A stretch of DNA of 64,000 nucleotides from an uncultured Candidatus Saccharibacteria bacterium. GTDB lineage: Bacteria > Patescibacteriota > WWE3 > UBA101185 > UBA10185. Position numbers and translations under genes: made by a program. The number at the start of each line of letters is the position of its first letter. The first letter of the stretch is position 1. Below are positions 62,155 to 64,000 of this stretch, one piece after another. The stretch covers positions 45,796 through 109,795 of the forward strand of contig CAYLVW010000003.1 in NCBI GenBank assembly GCA_964387275.1. The letters run 5' to 3'. Below the pieces are notes generated by a model that saw only the letters and a program-made list of their open reading frames with translations, was not told the origin of the DNA and ran no database searches.

Positions 62155-63123
62155 ATGGAACCTATAATCAAACAAATTCGATCAGAAATCGAATCCCTTA
62201 ACCAAAAAATTTTGGAAATAAACGCCCACCTGGCTACTGAGAAAGACTCTGAAATGGTAAACATGCTTAAAATTGAGATTGATACAATCAGGGGACAAAT
62301 AGAGGCATTAAACGCCTCAATAGAAACCATGGAGACCGGATATAGCTCTGATATAGAAGATCTGTCAGACTCTAAGATTAACCCGAATATAGCAATTCTG
62401 GAGGTAAGGTCGGGAACAGGTGGAGACGAGGCTGGTTTATTCGCATTCGACTTATACAGAATGTATTTAAGGTACTTTGAGCAGTCAGGGTGGAAATTCG
62501 AGGATAACTTTCTCTCAGAAAATGGCGTAGGTGGTATTAAAACAGCCTCTGTAACTGTTAGAGGAAAAAACGCGTATGAGTTACTAAAATATGAATCAGG
62601 GGTTCATAGAGTTCAAAGAATACCGAAAACTGAATCAGGAGGCAGGATACACACTTCAACAGCTACCGTGGCAGTACTCCCACAAGTAGATAAGGTAGAA
62701 ATAGAAATTAAACCTGAGGATGTTAAACTAGATTTTTTTAGAGCCGGGGGTCACGGGGGGCAAAACGTAAACAAGGTCTCAACAGCTGTTAGACTTACCC
62801 ACCTACCAACTGGTGTTGTTGTGGAGTGCCAAGAAGAACGCTCACAAGGAAAAAATCGAGATAAAGCTATGGGGATACTAAAATCACGATTGTACAACAT
62901 GATGCAAGAACAGCAAGTTAAAAATATTGCTGACTTACGATCAGAACAAGTTGGATCAGGTGACAGAAGTGAGAAAATAAGAACTTACAACTGGCCCCAA
63001 GACAGAATAACAGACCATAGATTAGGAGTTAGCTGGCATAATATACCAGCTATAATGAACGGTGGGATTGAAAAAATTCTAACTGATTGCCAAAAACTAA
63101 CTCACGAACAAAAACAACAATAA
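62155..63123 (+). CDS. prfA: Peptide chain release factor 1
   Basis: [21 protein letters not shown] (PxT), [16 protein letters not shown]. Confidence 0.95.
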   Translation: MEPIIKQIRSEIESLNQKILEINAHLATEKDSEMVNMLKIEIDTIRGQIEALNASIETMETGYSSDIEDLSDSKINPNIAILEVRSGTGGDEAGLFAFDLYRMYLRYFEQSGWKFEDNFLSENGVGGIKTASVTVRGKNAYELLKYESGVHRVQRIPKTESGGRIHTSTATVAVLPQVDKVEIEIKPEDVKLDFFRAGGHGGQNVNKVSTAVRLTHLPTGVVVECQEERSQGKNRDKAMGILKSRLYNMMQEQQVKNIADLRSEQVGSGDRSEKIRTYNWPQDRITDHRLGVSWHNIPAIMNGGIEKILTDCQKLTHEQKQQ

Positions 63124-63188
63124 ATACCCTAAAATCTAAAGCTAGTTATATAAATATATAAATCCCACCGACAAACTAAAACTACTAC

Positions 63189-64000
63189 TTACCTCGTGGT
63201 ATTAGGCAGTTCTTCGAGGATAATATCAATGTCCAACACGTCCCCATCTCTGTCAAGTGAAAGCTCCACTCTATCTCCTACTTTCATAGAAGACACTTTA
63301 TTCGCAAGTGCATAATCCCCCACTACATCCTCACCATTAAAAGTTAAGATAATATCGCCTCTTTTTATACCAGCCTTAGACGCAGGAGAGTCTGGCAAAA
63401 CAGCAGACACAAAAGCCCCTTCGGGTAAATCCCTAAGTGTGGCAATCTCTTTAGTAATAATCCGATAACTAATACCCATATAAGGCTTAATAATGCGCCC
63501 TTCCTTAATAAAAGACTCTAAAATAGGCTTTAGTTTGTTTACAGGGATTGCAAAACTTATATTATCAGCCCCCATAGTTGTTGCAACGTTTATACCAATA
63601 ACTTGACCGGCAGAATTTAATAAGGGCCCTCCTGAGTTTCCGGGATTTAACGCTGCATCAGTCTGTATAACATCATCATATACTTTTGTAGCTGTCCCAA
63701 AACCCCCGCTAGCACTAAGCCCCCGGGCAATACCTGAAATAACTCCTGTTGTGACGGTATTTTGAAATCTCCCAAGTGCATTACCAATAGCAATGGCTTG
63801 CTGCCCAACTTTCAAATTAGAAGAATCACCAAATTCTGCGACAGGAAGATTTCTAGCGCTGATCTCTAATATGGCTAGATCTGATGTTTCATCAAGATTT
63901 ATATTTTCAACCTCATAAGTAGTCCCATCTTTTAATACCACAGAATATTGCCCCGAAGGATCATCAACAACGTGAGAGTTTGTGACAATTAAACCATTAT
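63189..64000 (-). CDS. HtrA/DegP-like serine protease with PDZ domain (5' part outside window)
   Basis: DLAIL, IQTDAALNPGNSGGPL, C-terminal PDZ; the frame continues upstream through VTNSHVV to the window end. Confidence 0.93.
   Translation of the reverse strand, partial: NGLIVTNSHVVDDPSGQYSVVLKDGTTYEVENINLDETSDLAILEISARNLPVAEFGDSSNLKVGQQAIAIGNALGRFQNTVTTGVISGIARGLSASGGFGTATKVYDDVIQTDAALNPGNSGGPLLNSAGQVIGINVATTMGADNISFAIPVNKLKPILESFIKEGRIIKPYMGISYRIITKEIATLRDLPEGAFVSAVLPDSPASKAGIKRGDIILTFNGEDVVGDYALANKVSSMKVGDRVELSLDRDGDVLDIDIILEELPNTTR

Overview
A low-GC chromosomal segment that looks like a Patescibacteria (CPR) genome, probably Microgenomates/WWE3-like. This is inferred from gene order and content, not from a marker search. 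It holds housekeeping genes (tyrS end, recG, rsmD, rpmF-nusB-ACP-like-rnc-rpsP-khpA-trmD, holB, gyrB, ppaC, gyrA, rnhB, guaB-like, a xer recombinase, ruvC-yebC, rluA-family, efp, tRNA-Leu(CAA), dnaB, hisS, rpmE, prfA, htrA end) and a ~21.5 kb monoderm-type type IV pilus locus (8003-29473, minus strand). The main observations are: (1) a 28-bp 11-6-11 dif-like palindrome 0.9 kb upstream of the single xer gene, with a second copy of one arm in the xer promoter exactly 900 bp away, the two bracketing an orphan gene; (2) a tandem duplication inside the pilus locus of a three-gene cassette (prepilin-like membrane protein, ~915-aa Cys-rich putative adhesin with a Bsp-like repeat, PilX-like protein); (3) eleven dispersed 115-155 aa orphan genes with a shared layout (Shine-Dalgarno, usually a 3' hairpin), whereas most core genes appear leaderless; (4) an ACP-like protein lacking the phosphopantetheine serine, an Lgt-like/DksA-like in-frame fusion and an EF-P with a SARG loop. 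All calls come from reading motifs by eye; no database searches were run.
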